This document shows positions 46,928 to 57,113 of a stretch of DNA of 64,000 nucleotides, piece after piece (the first letter of the stretch is position 1; the number at the start of each line of letters is the position of its first letter). Made by a program: the position numbers and the translations under genes. The notes beneath the pieces were generated by a model. The model had not been told where the DNA came from. It saw nothing but the letters and a program-made list of their open reading frames with translations, and made no database searches. This stretch comes from Promethearchaeota archaeon. GTDB taxonomy: Archaea; Asgardarchaeota; Lokiarchaeia; Sigyniarchaeales; SOKP01. The DNA lies in assembly GCA_016930515.1 (NCBI GenBank), contig JAFGGO010000158.1, positions 32,001 to 96,000 on the forward strand, read 5' to 3'.

Positions 46928-49459
46928 ATGAAATCTCATAATAGAAATTTTATTTTTTTTGGTTACTTGTTTATATCCTTTGTTTTTATCTACCTTTTCG
47001 GTTTCGTCATCCTTAGCCCTGATTGGATGTCTTTAATCATTGATTGGAGCTTTTGGTTAACTCTTGTCATGTTCGTGCTATCGATAGAAGAAACATATCA
47101 TTGGACAAGGAATGGGAGGAGAAGCGAGATGAGCGATATAATAGCTATCATTTTCTTCTTTTCGCTAATCTTTTTCTTCACAAAGGACTTGCTAACAGCA
47201 ATTATGGGTGCTTTCTCAATCTATCTATTAGTGGGTGTTTTTGAGCTTAAAGAATATCCAATACTCAACAAGATATTAATCATATCCTTGGTTACTTATA
47301 ATGCCATATTTATTGCTGGAATTCTATCGTTTTATTTTGGAAATCCAATTTTTATTAATACGACTTTTTCCTTCAGCATATGGATCATATTGGGATTGGG
47401 ACTGCTTTTATTTGGAAGGAAATATATTATCGTTTGGAGGTTTATGAGTCCTCAATATTTAATGCTATTTCTCTACATCATTGCTTGGTTAGCTATATCC
47501 CTTGTTGAACAATATAGTCCCATTGATTTTGTGTACGGTTCACCCATTAAATTCCCGTTAAACTTATTAGACTTCTTTCTAAATGTTTATTTTGTTTTGA
47601 TGATCGTGAATTGGGTTGTATATTTCGTATCTGGTCCAATTTTGGACAAATTTCTCGGCATTAAGAAAGTAAAAAGCGAAGATTTGCTAGATTTAGTTGA
47701 AGAGGTTAAAATAAAACTTGGGATTAAAGGAAAGATCAAGATTGGTTTCGGAAAATATCCTATTCTGAATGCTATGGCATATGGTTCTGTGTTTGATAAA
47801 AGGATAGCTATTATTGCAGAAGATTTGGAACAAATCCCTCAAGATGAACTAAAAGGCATAGTCGCTCACGAGCTAGGACATACCAAGGGTAAACATACTT
47901 TAATTTTAACGCTAATTACATGTGGGGATTTAGTTTTTCGAATGATATTAGGAATTCCCGCAACTTATTACGATTACACATTTGGAAATCCTGTAATGCC
48001 GATGATCGTTTTTATAATGTTAAATGTGCTTATTTACGCCATAATTTATATTTTTGTTCGAATTCTCGAAGGAAAGGCAGATTTGAAGACAAAACAGGCG
48101 GGATACGCCACGCATCTTGTTAAAGCCCTTTATAATTTAGAAAGCTTTTACGCCAGCGGTCGCGAGATAGGACTTAATACAATGCTTTTATGCGAAGAAA
48201 AAATAACACGAGACAATAAAATGTTAGATTACATGGAAACCGCAGAATACTTAAATCGTTCGCTGGTGAAACCCTCGAGAACTTCTTTAATTGCAAATGT
48301 ATTGAATTCTCATCCTCCCACTTATTTTCGCATTGCGGCTGTTTTAGGCGAGAATCTCAAACCCGCAAAGGAAGCTTTCCTACCTTTTATTTGCTTAAAA
48401 AGATCTAAGCAAAAGAAATACGCACAATTATTTGAATCTGCTCGGGAAGATTTCAAGGGTATTACCAACCAAAAATTCAAAGACTTGTTTGGTGTCGATA
48501 GCTTTTCCCACTTTTCTGAAAATCTTGATAGAAAAGAGGCTTATAAATTACAACTTAAAAAAGATTATCTATTTAAAAATATCGTTACTGGAGAAATTAT
48601 TCTTGGAAGGTTAGAAGACGTTAAATTTGAAGACGATGTCAACGAATCTCTATCATATATCGTCCTTGATCTTAAAAATAAGGAAAAAATACTCTTAAAT
48701 TCCGTGCTTTACAAAAAAAATCTTGTAGAACCAGATGAGACCTATTTCTTTGAGAATAACGAATCGCTTGTTTTAAAAGAAATAAAAATTGATGAAAATA
48801 AAATGTCAGGAAATTATGTCTTTATAAGAGATGATAGTGAAGTCGTTTTAAAGCCGATTCTGAAGACAAAACTCCCGTGGCCAGATTCCTTGGTAAAACA
48901 ACTTAAAGGGAAGAATGTTTTCTTAAGATTAAAAGAAAGGATTAAAATATTCACGGTTATTAATGTCATCCCGGGATCCACTTTAGATGATTACAAGTTA
49001 GTTCTAAATGCATCTGAAATTCAAGAAAACCACCAAATAGAATTAAAATTAAGCGATCTTATAATCGTACCACATAAAATAAGTATCACTATTAGAAAAA
49101 GTGAAACAAATCGAAAATCAGAAATTGAAGTAATAAATTGGTTAATTGATAATAATAGGAGATGCACGGTCTGGTTAAAAAAGCCCGTAAATAATTTTGA
49201 AATTGGTCATATTAATAAAGTCCTCAATGCAAGCTTGGAAAAAGATAATTTTGGAAAAAAAGAATTAAATAAGCAAAAAATCATACAGATGACAAATATC
49301 TTTAAAAAAAAGATAGAAATCCCATATAGTAAAATCGAACAAATATCGTTCGAAAGCGATTCGGTCTTGATTCAAAAAAAAAATGAGACTTCTTTCCTGA
49401 GCAAGTTTGGCTATAAGCTTTTAAAGAAGTTCAGGCCGAGAAATGTGCTAATTCCTTGA
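46928..49459 (+). CDS. M48 (HtpX/Ste24-like) membrane zinc metalloprotease with N-terminal TM and C-terminal extensions
   Basis: NAMAYG, AHELGH, E..AD, SHPP..FRI. Confidence 0.85.
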   Translation: MKSHNRNFIFFGYLFISFVFIYLFGFVILSPDWMSLIIDWSFWLTLVMFVLSIEETYHWTRNGRRSEMSDIIAIIFFFSLIFFFTKDLLTAIMGAFSIYLLVGVFELKEYPILNKILIISLVTYNAIFIAGILSFYFGNPIFINTTFSFSIWIILGLGLLLFGRKYIIVWRFMSPQYLMLFLYIIAWLAISLVEQYSPIDFVYGSPIKFPLNLLDFFLNVYFVLMIVNWVVYFVSGPILDKFLGIKKVKSEDLLDLVEEVKIKLGIKGKIKIGFGKYPILNAMAYGSVFDKRIAIIAEDLEQIPQDELKGIVAHELGHTKGKHTLILTLITCGDLVFRMILGIPATYYDYTFGNPVMPMIVFIMLNVLIYAIIYIFVRILEGKADLKTKQAGYATHLVKALYNLESFYASGREIGLNTMLLCEEKITRDNKMLDYMETAEYLNRSLVKPSRTSLIANVLNSHPPTYFRIAAVLGENLKPAKEAFLPFICLKRSKQKKYAQLFESAREDFKGITNQKFKDLFGVDSFSHFSENLDRKEAYKLQLKKDYLFKNIVTGEIILGRLEDVKFEDDVNESLSYIVLDLKNKEKILLNSVLYKKNLVEPDETYFFENNESLVLKEIKIDENKMSGNYVFIRDDSEVVLKPILKTKLPWPDSLVKQLKGKNVFLRLKERIKIFTVINVIPGSTLDDYKLVLNASEIQENHQIELKLSDLIIVPHKISITIRKSETNRKSEIEVINWLIDNNRRCTVWLKKPVNNFEIGHINKVLNASLEKDNFGKKELNKQKIIQMTNIFKKKIEIPYSKIEQISFESDSVLIQKKNETSFLSKFGYKLLKKFRPRNVLIP

Positions 49460-49493
49460 TAAACCTTAATTTACATGAGAAGTTAAAACCATT

Positions 49494-50435
49494 ATGACGA
49501 ATAAAATTAAAAATATTTTCACTCTTTTACGAGTTCGACAATACTATAAAAATTTGTTAGTGTTTGTTGGGGCTTTTTTTAGCGTTAATATGCTTGATTT
49601 TTCCATTTATCCCTCTCTATTGGCAGGTTTGGTTGTTTTATGTTGCGTATCTTCAATTAATTACATAATCAACGATTTAAAAGATATTGAAGACGATAAG
49701 AAGCACCCCGAGAAGGTGAAAAAAAAGCCTCTAGCTTCTGGCGAAATTTCAAAATTCCTAGCTATATTGATCTTATGTTTACTTGTGTTAATAGCACTCT
49801 TTTTAATAATATTTTTTACCTTGAATATTGGATATATAATAACCGTTGTACTTCTCTTGTTGACGGGACAATTATATAACCATTTACTGAAAAACTATGC
49901 TTTCGTGGATGTTTTGACCCTTTCCACGGGATACTTGTGGAGGGCTCTCGCGGGAACTTTTTTGATAGAAGTGATCATATCGCCTTGGTTATTCTTGGCG
50001 ATTTTTGAAATTGCTATGTTTTTAAGTCTCGCCAAACGAAAGGGAGATTTAATGATTTTAGGAGATAAAGAAAACGCAATTGGACACAAGAAAGTATACG
50101 AGATTTATTCTCAAAAAATACTCGACCAATCTTATATTATGATGGCTTCGTCTTTATTTCTTACATACGCCCTTTATCTCATATTTCATTTTAATTTAAA
50201 CGAAATGAGTGAATTGTATAACATTAATGAATATTTAGTTATTATATCAATCCCTGTTTTTCTCTATATCATAATGAAATACATGTATCTCACTTCCTCG
50301 AAGCCTGAGATCGCAAGAAATCCCGAAAAGGCTTTTTTTAACAAGGGGATGCTAATTGCAATGATTATACTCGGCGGAATTCTTACTTATGCTTATTATT
50401 TTGACGAGTTCCTTCTATTTATATCTAGTTTTTAG
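49494..50435 (+). CDS. UbiA-superfamily prenyltransferase, polyprenyl-phosphate phosphoribosyltransferase (DPPR synthase)-like
   Basis: LRVRQYYKN, YIINDLKDIEDDKKHPEK...PLASG, SPWL, FLSLAKRKGD, PEK. Confidence 0.82.
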   Translation: MTNKIKNIFTLLRVRQYYKNLLVFVGAFFSVNMLDFSIYPSLLAGLVVLCCVSSINYIINDLKDIEDDKKHPEKVKKKPLASGEISKFLAILILCLLVLIALFLIIFFTLNIGYIITVVLLLLTGQLYNHLLKNYAFVDVLTLSTGYLWRALAGTFLIEVIISPWLFLAIFEIAMFLSLAKRKGDLMILGDKENAIGHKKVYEIYSQKILDQSYIMMASSLFLTYALYLIFHFNLNEMSELYNINEYLVIISIPVFLYIIMKYMYLTSSKPEIARNPEKAFFNKGMLIAMIILGGILTYAYYFDEFLLFISSF

Positions 50436-50458
50436 TTATAATACTTAATGGTGGCGCC

Positions 50459-51148
50459 ATGAGTTCAGTAAGATTAGACTTGCACCTTCACACGTGGTAT
50501 TCAGGAGATTCTTTAATAGCACCAGAGGCACTTTTATCTCAAGCTAGAAAGGAAGGATTAAACGGGTTTGCGATCACGGATCACGGCTCGTTAAAGGCTT
50601 ATAGGATGTTAAAACAAAAAGCTCGCTCAAAAAATATAATTTTAATTCCTGGGATGGAAATAGAGACGCATATAGGAGAAATTATAGCCCTTTTCGTTGA
50701 TGATGATTTTGCAATATCTGATAATCGCTTTTTAGTTGTTTGTGATCACATAAAGGATGAGAATGGTTTGATTATTATACCCCATCCATTTGATTTTTTA
50801 AGGACTAATCATCTAAAAACGAAATTATTGACAAATAATATCGTTAAGAAATACATCGATGGAATCGAAATAATTAATTCAAGAATAATTTTTAAAAATT
50901 GTGTGAAAAAAGCAAAAAAGTTCAATCAAAAATATTGCTTATTCGAAACGGGAGGTTCAGATGCTCATACTTTAAAGGAAATTGGTGCTGGATATACAAT
51001 TGTGAATGATATATCGAGTACTTCTCTTGATGATCTTTACGAATCGATGGATTATAATAACACGATTAGTTGTGGGAAGCTTTCCTCTCCGTTAGTACAC
51101 ATAAAAACGATAATTAACAAGCTTCAAAAAGGATTGTATTTTAGGTAG
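50459..51148 (+). CDS. PHP-domain metal-dependent phosphoesterase
   Basis: DLHLHT..S.DS, AITDH, IPGMEI, PHPF, GGSDAH. Confidence 0.9.
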   Translation: MSSVRLDLHLHTWYSGDSLIAPEALLSQARKEGLNGFAITDHGSLKAYRMLKQKARSKNIILIPGMEIETHIGEIIALFVDDDFAISDNRFLVVCDHIKDENGLIIIPHPFDFLRTNHLKTKLLTNNIVKKYIDGIEIINSRIIFKNCVKKAKKFNQKYCLFETGGSDAHTLKEIGAGYTIVNDISSTSLDDLYESMDYNNTISCGKLSSPLVHIKTIINKLQKGLYFR

Positions 51149-51153
51149 ATATA

Positions 51154-52353
51154 ATGAAAACAACAAGACCTCAAATATTCGTGCAAAAAACGTCGCCTGA
51201 GACAGTTATAGACGATTACGCAAACTTGATGCACTCTGCGAAATATCAAAATCGATTTCATAAAGATCAAAAAACGGTTGTTAAATTAAACTTGAGCTGG
51301 TCAAAATTTTTTCCAGCTTGTTCGAGTCCTCCTTGGCAGGTTGATGGAGTGCTAAAAACCATGATCAACGACGGCTACGACCCTAAAAAGATCTTCGCAG
51401 CTGAAAATAGGACAGTCGTCACGAATTTGTCTAAAGGAATTGAACAAAATCGGTGGTCGGGAATCATTAAAGATTACGGTGTTTGGTTTATTCCTTTAAC
51501 TCGCGTGAAATTCGTTCCCTATGACTCCCTTCGACAAAAATTTGTAGATTTGAAAAACAAACCCCTTCATGTCTTGGATTCAAAGATTTTTCCAAAAGGA
51601 TTTAATATTCCCCTCGCTTATCTTCATAAAAATATGATTCACACGCCTACAATGAAAACTCATGGTCATACAGGAGCGGTGGGAGGAAAACTTAAAGATA
51701 CTGATAATGAAATGAAAAACGGTGGCATAACCGCTAGTATGAAAAATGCTTTTGGAGGATTATTAACGAAACGTCGTCACTTCAGTCACCAATTCATGTC
51801 GGAGGTGTTGGTCGACTTGCTAATCGTTCAAAAACAGATTCATCCCAACGTAATGGCAGTAGTAGATGGTACCGTGTGTGGAGATGGTGCCGGCCCGCGC
51901 ACAATGATTCCAAGAATTAAAAACCATATACTAGCGGGATACGATCAAGTTGCCGTGGACGCCGTGATCGCAAAAATGTTAGGTTTTGAGCCTTTAAAAC
52001 TTCCCGCCATAAGAATGGCTCACGATGAAGGTCTAGGATGTGGTGATTTTGACCAAATCGAAATAATTGGGGAAGATGTTTCTAAAACAAATTGGAATTT
52101 CAAGGTCAAAAGAAGCGTGGTCATTTGGGGAGATCAAATGGTTCGAAAAGGATTCCTGTCTTTTTTACATCCCCTGTTTCACAATAGACTTTTTATGGTC
52201 TTGCCTATATTGGGTTCTTTAGTGTATCATGATATGTTTTGGTATCCATTTATAGGAAAAAAGCGCGTGAAAACATTTATGGAATCCAAATGGGGAAATG
52301 TATTTAAAAAATATCCCCTCACAAAATCAACTGCTTTAAATAAATTTAACTAA
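51154..52353 (+). CDS. DUF362 family protein
   Basis: KLNLSW..FFPACS, PTMKTH, ASMKNAFGGL, VVDGTVCGDGAGP, DQVAVDA. Confidence 0.82.
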   Translation: MKTTRPQIFVQKTSPETVIDDYANLMHSAKYQNRFHKDQKTVVKLNLSWSKFFPACSSPPWQVDGVLKTMINDGYDPKKIFAAENRTVVTNLSKGIEQNRWSGIIKDYGVWFIPLTRVKFVPYDSLRQKFVDLKNKPLHVLDSKIFPKGFNIPLAYLHKNMIHTPTMKTHGHTGAVGGKLKDTDNEMKNGGITASMKNAFGGLLTKRRHFSHQFMSEVLVDLLIVQKQIHPNVMAVVDGTVCGDGAGPRTMIPRIKNHILAGYDQVAVDAVIAKMLGFEPLKLPAIRMAHDEGLGCGDFDQIEIIGEDVSKTNWNFKVKRSVVIWGDQMVRKGFLSFLHPLFHNRLFMVLPILGSLVYHDMFWYPFIGKKRVKTFMESKWGNVFKKYPLTKSTALNKFN

Positions 52354-53129
52354 TCTAAGGTTTTTTTAACACTATTTATGAAGTTAATTGGCTGATTATC
52401 ATTTTTTTTAAAAAATATAAAGAACTCAACAGCCCCTCCTGATCCTAGTATTGGAGATTTCATTAAATTTTGTGGATAAATATCATATTTCACACACCAC
52501 TCCATTGTTTCTAAAAGAATGTTTTTTAACTGTTCTTTGTCTGATATAATATCAAATTTTGACTTTTCGTAGAAATTCGTTTCAAAAATTGGTTTTATTA
52601 AACTAATAATAATCCCCTCTTGCTTGAGAAATGAAAACGCTTTTGGAAGAATTTCTTTTATCGAGGTGAAAGTAACATCAATTACGACAAGATCCATTAA
52701 TTCATCTAAGCTGTTCATATTACGCATATCTACACCTAAAATCGGTATTACCTTGTCACGCATTTTCTCACAACGCAAGGAAGGGTGGAGGAAATCCTTG
52801 GCAATATCGATGGCATACACCTTCTGAGCACCACTTTTGATCAAACAATCAGTAAAACCTCCAATAGATGCCCCAATATCTGCGCAAACCAGTTTATGAA
52901 CATTGATTGAAAAATATTTTAATGCGGCTTCTAACTTGAGCCCCCCTCTTCCAACATATGGATATTCCTTAATTAAACGGAGCGTGCTTGAATTATCGAT
53001 TAACTTACCCGGTTTTATGATTTTTTTATCATCTACTAACACGAGACCGTTCTTTATCAACCATTGAGCTTTTGTTCGACTTTCAACTAATCTTCGCTCT
53101 ACAAGCACGATATCCAAGCGCTCTTTCAT
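52350..53129 (-). CDS. tlyA: TlyA-family rRNA 2'-O-methyltransferase (S4 + FtsJ domains)
   Basis: KERLD..LV...SR.KA, YVGRGGLKL, DIGASIGGFTDCL, LIKP.FE, SPILG. Confidence 0.9.
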   Translation of the reverse strand: MKERLDIVLVERRLVESRTKAQWLIKNGLVLVDDKKIIKPGKLIDNSSTLRLIKEYPYVGRGGLKLEAALKYFSINVHKLVCADIGASIGGFTDCLIKSGAQKVYAIDIAKDFLHPSLRCEKMRDKVIPILGVDMRNMNSLDELMDLVVIDVTFTSIKEILPKAFSFLKQEGIIISLIKPIFETNFYEKSKFDIISDKEQLKNILLETMEWCVKYDIYPQNLMKSPILGSGGAVEFFIFFKKNDNQPINFINSVKKTLD

Positions 53130-53154
53130 GAAATCGTCTAAATAATGTAATTAA

Positions 53155-54018
53155 TTATAATAAATTTGTTATTTTCCAATTATGAATTTTTTCTAATGAA
53201 CTAGTAAGAGAAAGTTCCCCCTTTATTATTTTTAAAATTAAATCTTTTAAAAAAGATGTATATCCATTATTTTCTTTCTGAAAATTAGCAGAATATGAGA
53301 TTAATTTTATTTTTTTTTTTTTAATGTTCGTGAAGATATTGATATAATTTTTTTTACTGATTTCAATTCCGTCTCTTAAAGCTAATATTAAGGCTGATAC
53401 TTCGTGCTTGGGCATTCTCCTACCGTCAATAACAACGCTTATTTTTGATGACTTAGATTCGTCAATGAGATAAAATCTCACGAGATCGTCGTTTTCAAAG
53501 AGACTATATAAATTACTAACGAGTTCTAATGTTAAAGATAAAATTCCCATGCCAAATTTGAATTCTAAATATAAATTTGATTGATTTTCTTCTAAAAATT
53601 CGATATAAGACTTAATCTTTTCAATGAGCGAATCTAAGTTGTAGAAAGTATGAGAATTTAAGTAAAAATCCTCCAAAAAAACGACAAAACCGATATGTTT
53701 TACACCTGGATCGATCGCAAATTCCATTTTTGAATAGTTTTCCATGCATCCTATTCGATATGCGGCCAATACCTTCAGTAAATATTTTTCTAGGGGTTCT
53801 TCTGGATTTTTAGCTAAAATTTTTACAAGATCTGGGTTAGGATTTGTAATTTGATCCAAATCATTAGAAGTTGTTAGAATTATGCAAGGCAAATTTGGTA
53901 TCTTGTTATTAAAGTTAAGGATTTTAAATTTTATGCCATATTGCGCTAGTTCTTTATTTATTCTAAAAAAGAACTTAGAATTATCGCTTAGTAAAAAGAT
54001 TTTTAACTTGTTCTGCAA
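53155..54018 (-). CDS. Hypothetical protein with RNase H-fold (YqgF/RuvX-like) domain
   Basis: FAIDPGVKHIGFVV, LIDESKSS, HEVSALILA. Confidence 0.55.
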   Translation of the reverse strand: MQNKLKIFLLSDNSKFFFRINKELAQYGIKFKILNFNNKIPNLPCIILTTSNDLDQITNPNPDLVKILAKNPEEPLEKYLLKVLAAYRIGCMENYSKMEFAIDPGVKHIGFVVFLEDFYLNSHTFYNLDSLIEKIKSYIEFLEENQSNLYLEFKFGMGILSLTLELVSNLYSLFENDDLVRFYLIDESKSSKISVVIDGRRMPKHEVSALILALRDGIEISKKNYINIFTNIKKKKIKLISYSANFQKENNGYTSFLKDLILKIIKGELSLTSSLEKIHNWKITNLL

Positions 54019-54058
54019 ATTAAATCTAATAATTAACTATAAATTATAAAATTTAATT

Positions 54059-54763
54059 TTGATATTCCCAACTAAACACCTTAATAAATTGCTTAATACA
54101 TCTCGTTTCTCTCAAGTAAGAATGATTTCCGTCTATGGAGATACTGGAGTTGGGAAAACGACTTTCGCCCTCCAAACTGCAAGCAAGATGGTGGCATTAG
54201 GGAAAAAAAATTTGATAATTTATACGAAAAACGAATTTCCGATCGAGCGACTTTTCGCCATTGAAAACAACGATAAGAATAGATTGGAAACTTTTCTCAA
54301 TAATTCATTGATTCTGAAGCCTTTAAATTTTAAGGAATTAAGAACAATTTCCTTTTATCTAGAGCCTCTATTTGCGTATTTAATTCAAGAAGAAAATTTT
54401 TTACCAAATCTTATTATCTTGGATTCAATTACCGACTTGTATAAATTAGAACTAAATACAGAAAAAAAAGAAAAAAATATCGAATTAAACTACGAACTTA
54501 ATCAAGTCTTGGCAAATCTCCTAAAATTAAGTGAAAATCATGATCTTGAGATTCTTTTAGTAAACGACTCGAGTCGAAAAACGGTTGACGATCAAATTAC
54601 GGAAGTTCAAGGCGGAGGTCAAGTAATGGATTATTGGGTTTCAGTTTCGATAAAAATTGCTCGTACTATGAATTTAAACGAGAGATCGTTTGAACTGATA
54701 AAGTCGCCTGAAAAAATAAAAAAAAAGTTTGTTTCAAGGCTTACAGGGAATGGATTTCAATAA
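54059..54763 (+). CDS. RecA/RadB-like ATPase
   Basis: VYGDTGVGKTT Walker A, FPIERL, LIILDSITDLY Walker B, GGQVMDYW. Confidence 0.8.
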   Translation: MIFPTKHLNKLLNTSRFSQVRMISVYGDTGVGKTTFALQTASKMVALGKKNLIIYTKNEFPIERLFAIENNDKNRLETFLNNSLILKPLNFKELRTISFYLEPLFAYLIQEENFLPNLIILDSITDLYKLELNTEKKEKNIELNYELNQVLANLLKLSENHDLEILLVNDSSRKTVDDQITEVQGGGQVMDYWVSVSIKIARTMNLNERSFELIKSPEKIKKKFVSRLTGNGFQ

Positions 54764-54850
54764 GTTAAAATTAAGCTTTTTTGAGGAAGATCTGAACCAA
54801 ACGACAAAATAATTATCAATAAGGTTTCATTAAATTATGTTAGTGTTATT

Positions 54851-55834
54851 ATGAGCAAAATTTATGAAAAAATTAAGTTATCGCGCTGGTTAGACAAAAA
54901 ACTCCCTAATTATTTTCCTAATAGAAGCGATATCATAGACATCATTGATAAGATAGCTGAAGCAACCATCCCAATTAGGGGTTTATTAGAAAAAGGGATA
55001 ACTTCTCGAGAGATTGGGTATCGAATGGATATTGCGGAGCCCAAACAAGGATCTAAAAATCTGTATGACGAGGAACAAATTCACGAAGACATTCTAACAC
55101 ATTCGATTATCCTCAAAGCCTTGGAGGAAGGTGAAACAGATTTCCTATTTATTGCGTCCGAGGAAGCAGAGCCCGTAATTGGGAACGGTAAATTTGGGAT
55201 CACGACAGATCCTGTCGATGGCTCCTCAAATGTGGCCGTTAATAGAACTGTAGGCACTATCGTAGGAATATTTGATGAACAAGGTGTAATTATTGCAGCG
55301 ATGTATATCCTTTACGGGATTTTCACGAACTTGGTATTAGCTATAAATGGACAGGTTGCCGAATTCATATTAGACACTTCTCCTTATAGCATGACTTTTT
55401 ATCACTATGTCTTTCATGAAAAGAAGACAATGCCAGATAACGACACTGGCGGAATAAGATGTATGGGAGGAAATTCGAGATTTTGGTCGGATAAATGCAG
55501 GAATTACGAGAGATTGCTCATTGAGAGAGATTTTAAAGACCGTTATAGCGGTAGTTTTGTAGGTGATTTTCACGCAATTGTTAACTACGGAGGAATTTAT
55601 TCTTATTTCCTTCAAAACAATAAAGCAAAAATACGGCTTTATTATGAATGGCTTCCTTTAGCGTTTATAGCAAGAACCTTAGGTGGAGAATTTCTTATCG
55701 TTGGAGAAAACGACGAAATTAAGATGATTGAGGATGTTTCACCTTTAAAAAAAGAATTAATACAAAATATTCACGCTGATATATGTGGCGGACTTTTAGG
55801 AAGTAAAAAAGCAGTAGATTTATTTTTAAAATAA
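54851..55834 (+). CDS. fbp: Fructose-1,6-bisphosphatase class I
   Basis: ASEE, DPVDGSSN, VGTI.GI, RYSGSFVGDFH, GGIY, K.RL.YE..PLAFI. Confidence 0.88.
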   Translation: MSKIYEKIKLSRWLDKKLPNYFPNRSDIIDIIDKIAEATIPIRGLLEKGITSREIGYRMDIAEPKQGSKNLYDEEQIHEDILTHSIILKALEEGETDFLFIASEEAEPVIGNGKFGITTDPVDGSSNVAVNRTVGTIVGIFDEQGVIIAAMYILYGIFTNLVLAINGQVAEFILDTSPYSMTFYHYVFHEKKTMPDNDTGGIRCMGGNSRFWSDKCRNYERLLIERDFKDRYSGSFVGDFHAIVNYGGIYSYFLQNNKAKIRLYYEWLPLAFIARTLGGEFLIVGENDEIKMIEDVSPLKKELIQNIHADICGGLLGSKKAVDLFLK

Positions 55835-55850
55835 CAAGAAAAACAAATCA

Positions 55851-57110
55851 ATGATTGAAAAGGAAGGAAAGACTAACCACGACGAAGAATTAGCGATTAA
55901 AACCGAAGGAAAGGCAAAATTCTATATGTACGAAGCAGACGAAAATCAGATTCCTTCAAAATCGATGAAAGTCTTCTATAACGAAAAGATGATCATCAAT
56001 AGAGATATCACAACCCTCGCAATCAATGCATATAATAGAACATTTGCTAAGGAACTTGTAGTAGTGGATTCGATGGCTGCCTCTGGGATTGGATCAATGC
56101 GATTGATGCTTGAATGCCAAGGAATAAAAAGGATTTACATCAACGACATCAATCCGATAGCAGTTGAATTAATAAACAAGAATTTGGTCTTAAATCAATT
56201 GGATGGAACCGCCCATCAAGATATAATACTTAGCCGAAAGGATGCTAATTTTTTATTTTCCGAACTTGCACAGGAATCTTTATTAAGCGAAATAAATAAT
56301 ATATCGCGACCAAATGTCGTGTCAATAGATCCTTTTGGAGCCCCAAATCTTTACATCAATTCGGCTTTCAACGCTATTCAAAGAACAAACGGATTGATTT
56401 GCGTTACCGCAACGGATACTGCTGTTTTATTTGGTATAAAACCGCAAGCATGCGTGCGAAAATACATGTCAAAACCCCTTCATGTGGAATATTGCAAGGA
56501 AATAGGTGCGCGGATCTTGTTTCATTTTATTTCCAGAATGGCAAATATAAACAAAATGGGTGTTGTTCCCTTATTAACTTTTTATTCAAACCATTTTATA
56601 AGGATCTTTGCCTTGACTTTTAAGCATCAAAAAAAAGTTGCAGCGGATTTTAGTAATTATGGTTATATAATTCATTGTAAGGTGTGTAATAATCGAATAA
56701 TTTTAGAAAACATTCTTGATTTGCCTAAAAATTGCTCCTATTGCGGCGAAAAAGCTAAAATCGATTACGCAGGACCACTTTGGCTTGGAAAATTACACGA
56801 CGAGATCTTTCTTAAACAAGTTTATGAATTAAACGAGGCGTGTTCTTTAAAAAATAAAAAAAGAATAAAAAAAATCCTCATATGCGCTCAAGGAGAGTTA
56901 AATATGCCAATATCTTATTACAATATTCACAAGCTCAGTCAAACATTAAACCTGCGTTGCGTTCCAAAGATGGAGGATTTAATATTAAAGATAACTGAAT
57001 GCGGGTTCAAGGCTTCCAGAACGCATTTTGACTTCACTTCTATAAAAACGGATTTAAAACTTGACGAACTTAAAAAACTGCTATTAAAGAACTATAACAA
57101 CGGTGATTAA
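55851..57110 (+). CDS. trm1: tRNA (guanine-N2)-dimethyltransferase
   Basis: VFYN..M..NRD, ASGI...R, NDIN, IDPFG, VTATDTA, GPLWLG.LHD, SRTHF. Confidence 0.95.
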   Translation: MIEKEGKTNHDEELAIKTEGKAKFYMYEADENQIPSKSMKVFYNEKMIINRDITTLAINAYNRTFAKELVVVDSMAASGIGSMRLMLECQGIKRIYINDINPIAVELINKNLVLNQLDGTAHQDIILSRKDANFLFSELAQESLLSEINNISRPNVVSIDPFGAPNLYINSAFNAIQRTNGLICVTATDTAVLFGIKPQACVRKYMSKPLHVEYCKEIGARILFHFISRMANINKMGVVPLLTFYSNHFIRIFALTFKHQKKVAADFSNYGYIIHCKVCNNRIILENILDLPKNCSYCGEKAKIDYAGPLWLGKLHDEIFLKQVYELNEACSLKNKKRIKKILICAQGELNMPISYYNIHKLSQTLNLRCVPKMEDLILKITECGFKASRTHFDFTSIKTDLKLDELKKLLLKNYNNGD

Positions 57111-57113
57111 AGC

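Noticed and set aside
630-49459. TGA stops as possible Sec read-through (HDAC, DUF4350, MAP, Trm112, M48 and others)
   Set aside because: Each TGA falls at the expected protein end and is followed by non-coding sequence or the next gene.
52350-53129. TlyA as a hemolysin or virulence factor
   Set aside because: The S4 + FtsJ architecture and RNA-modification context support an rRNA methyltransferase.
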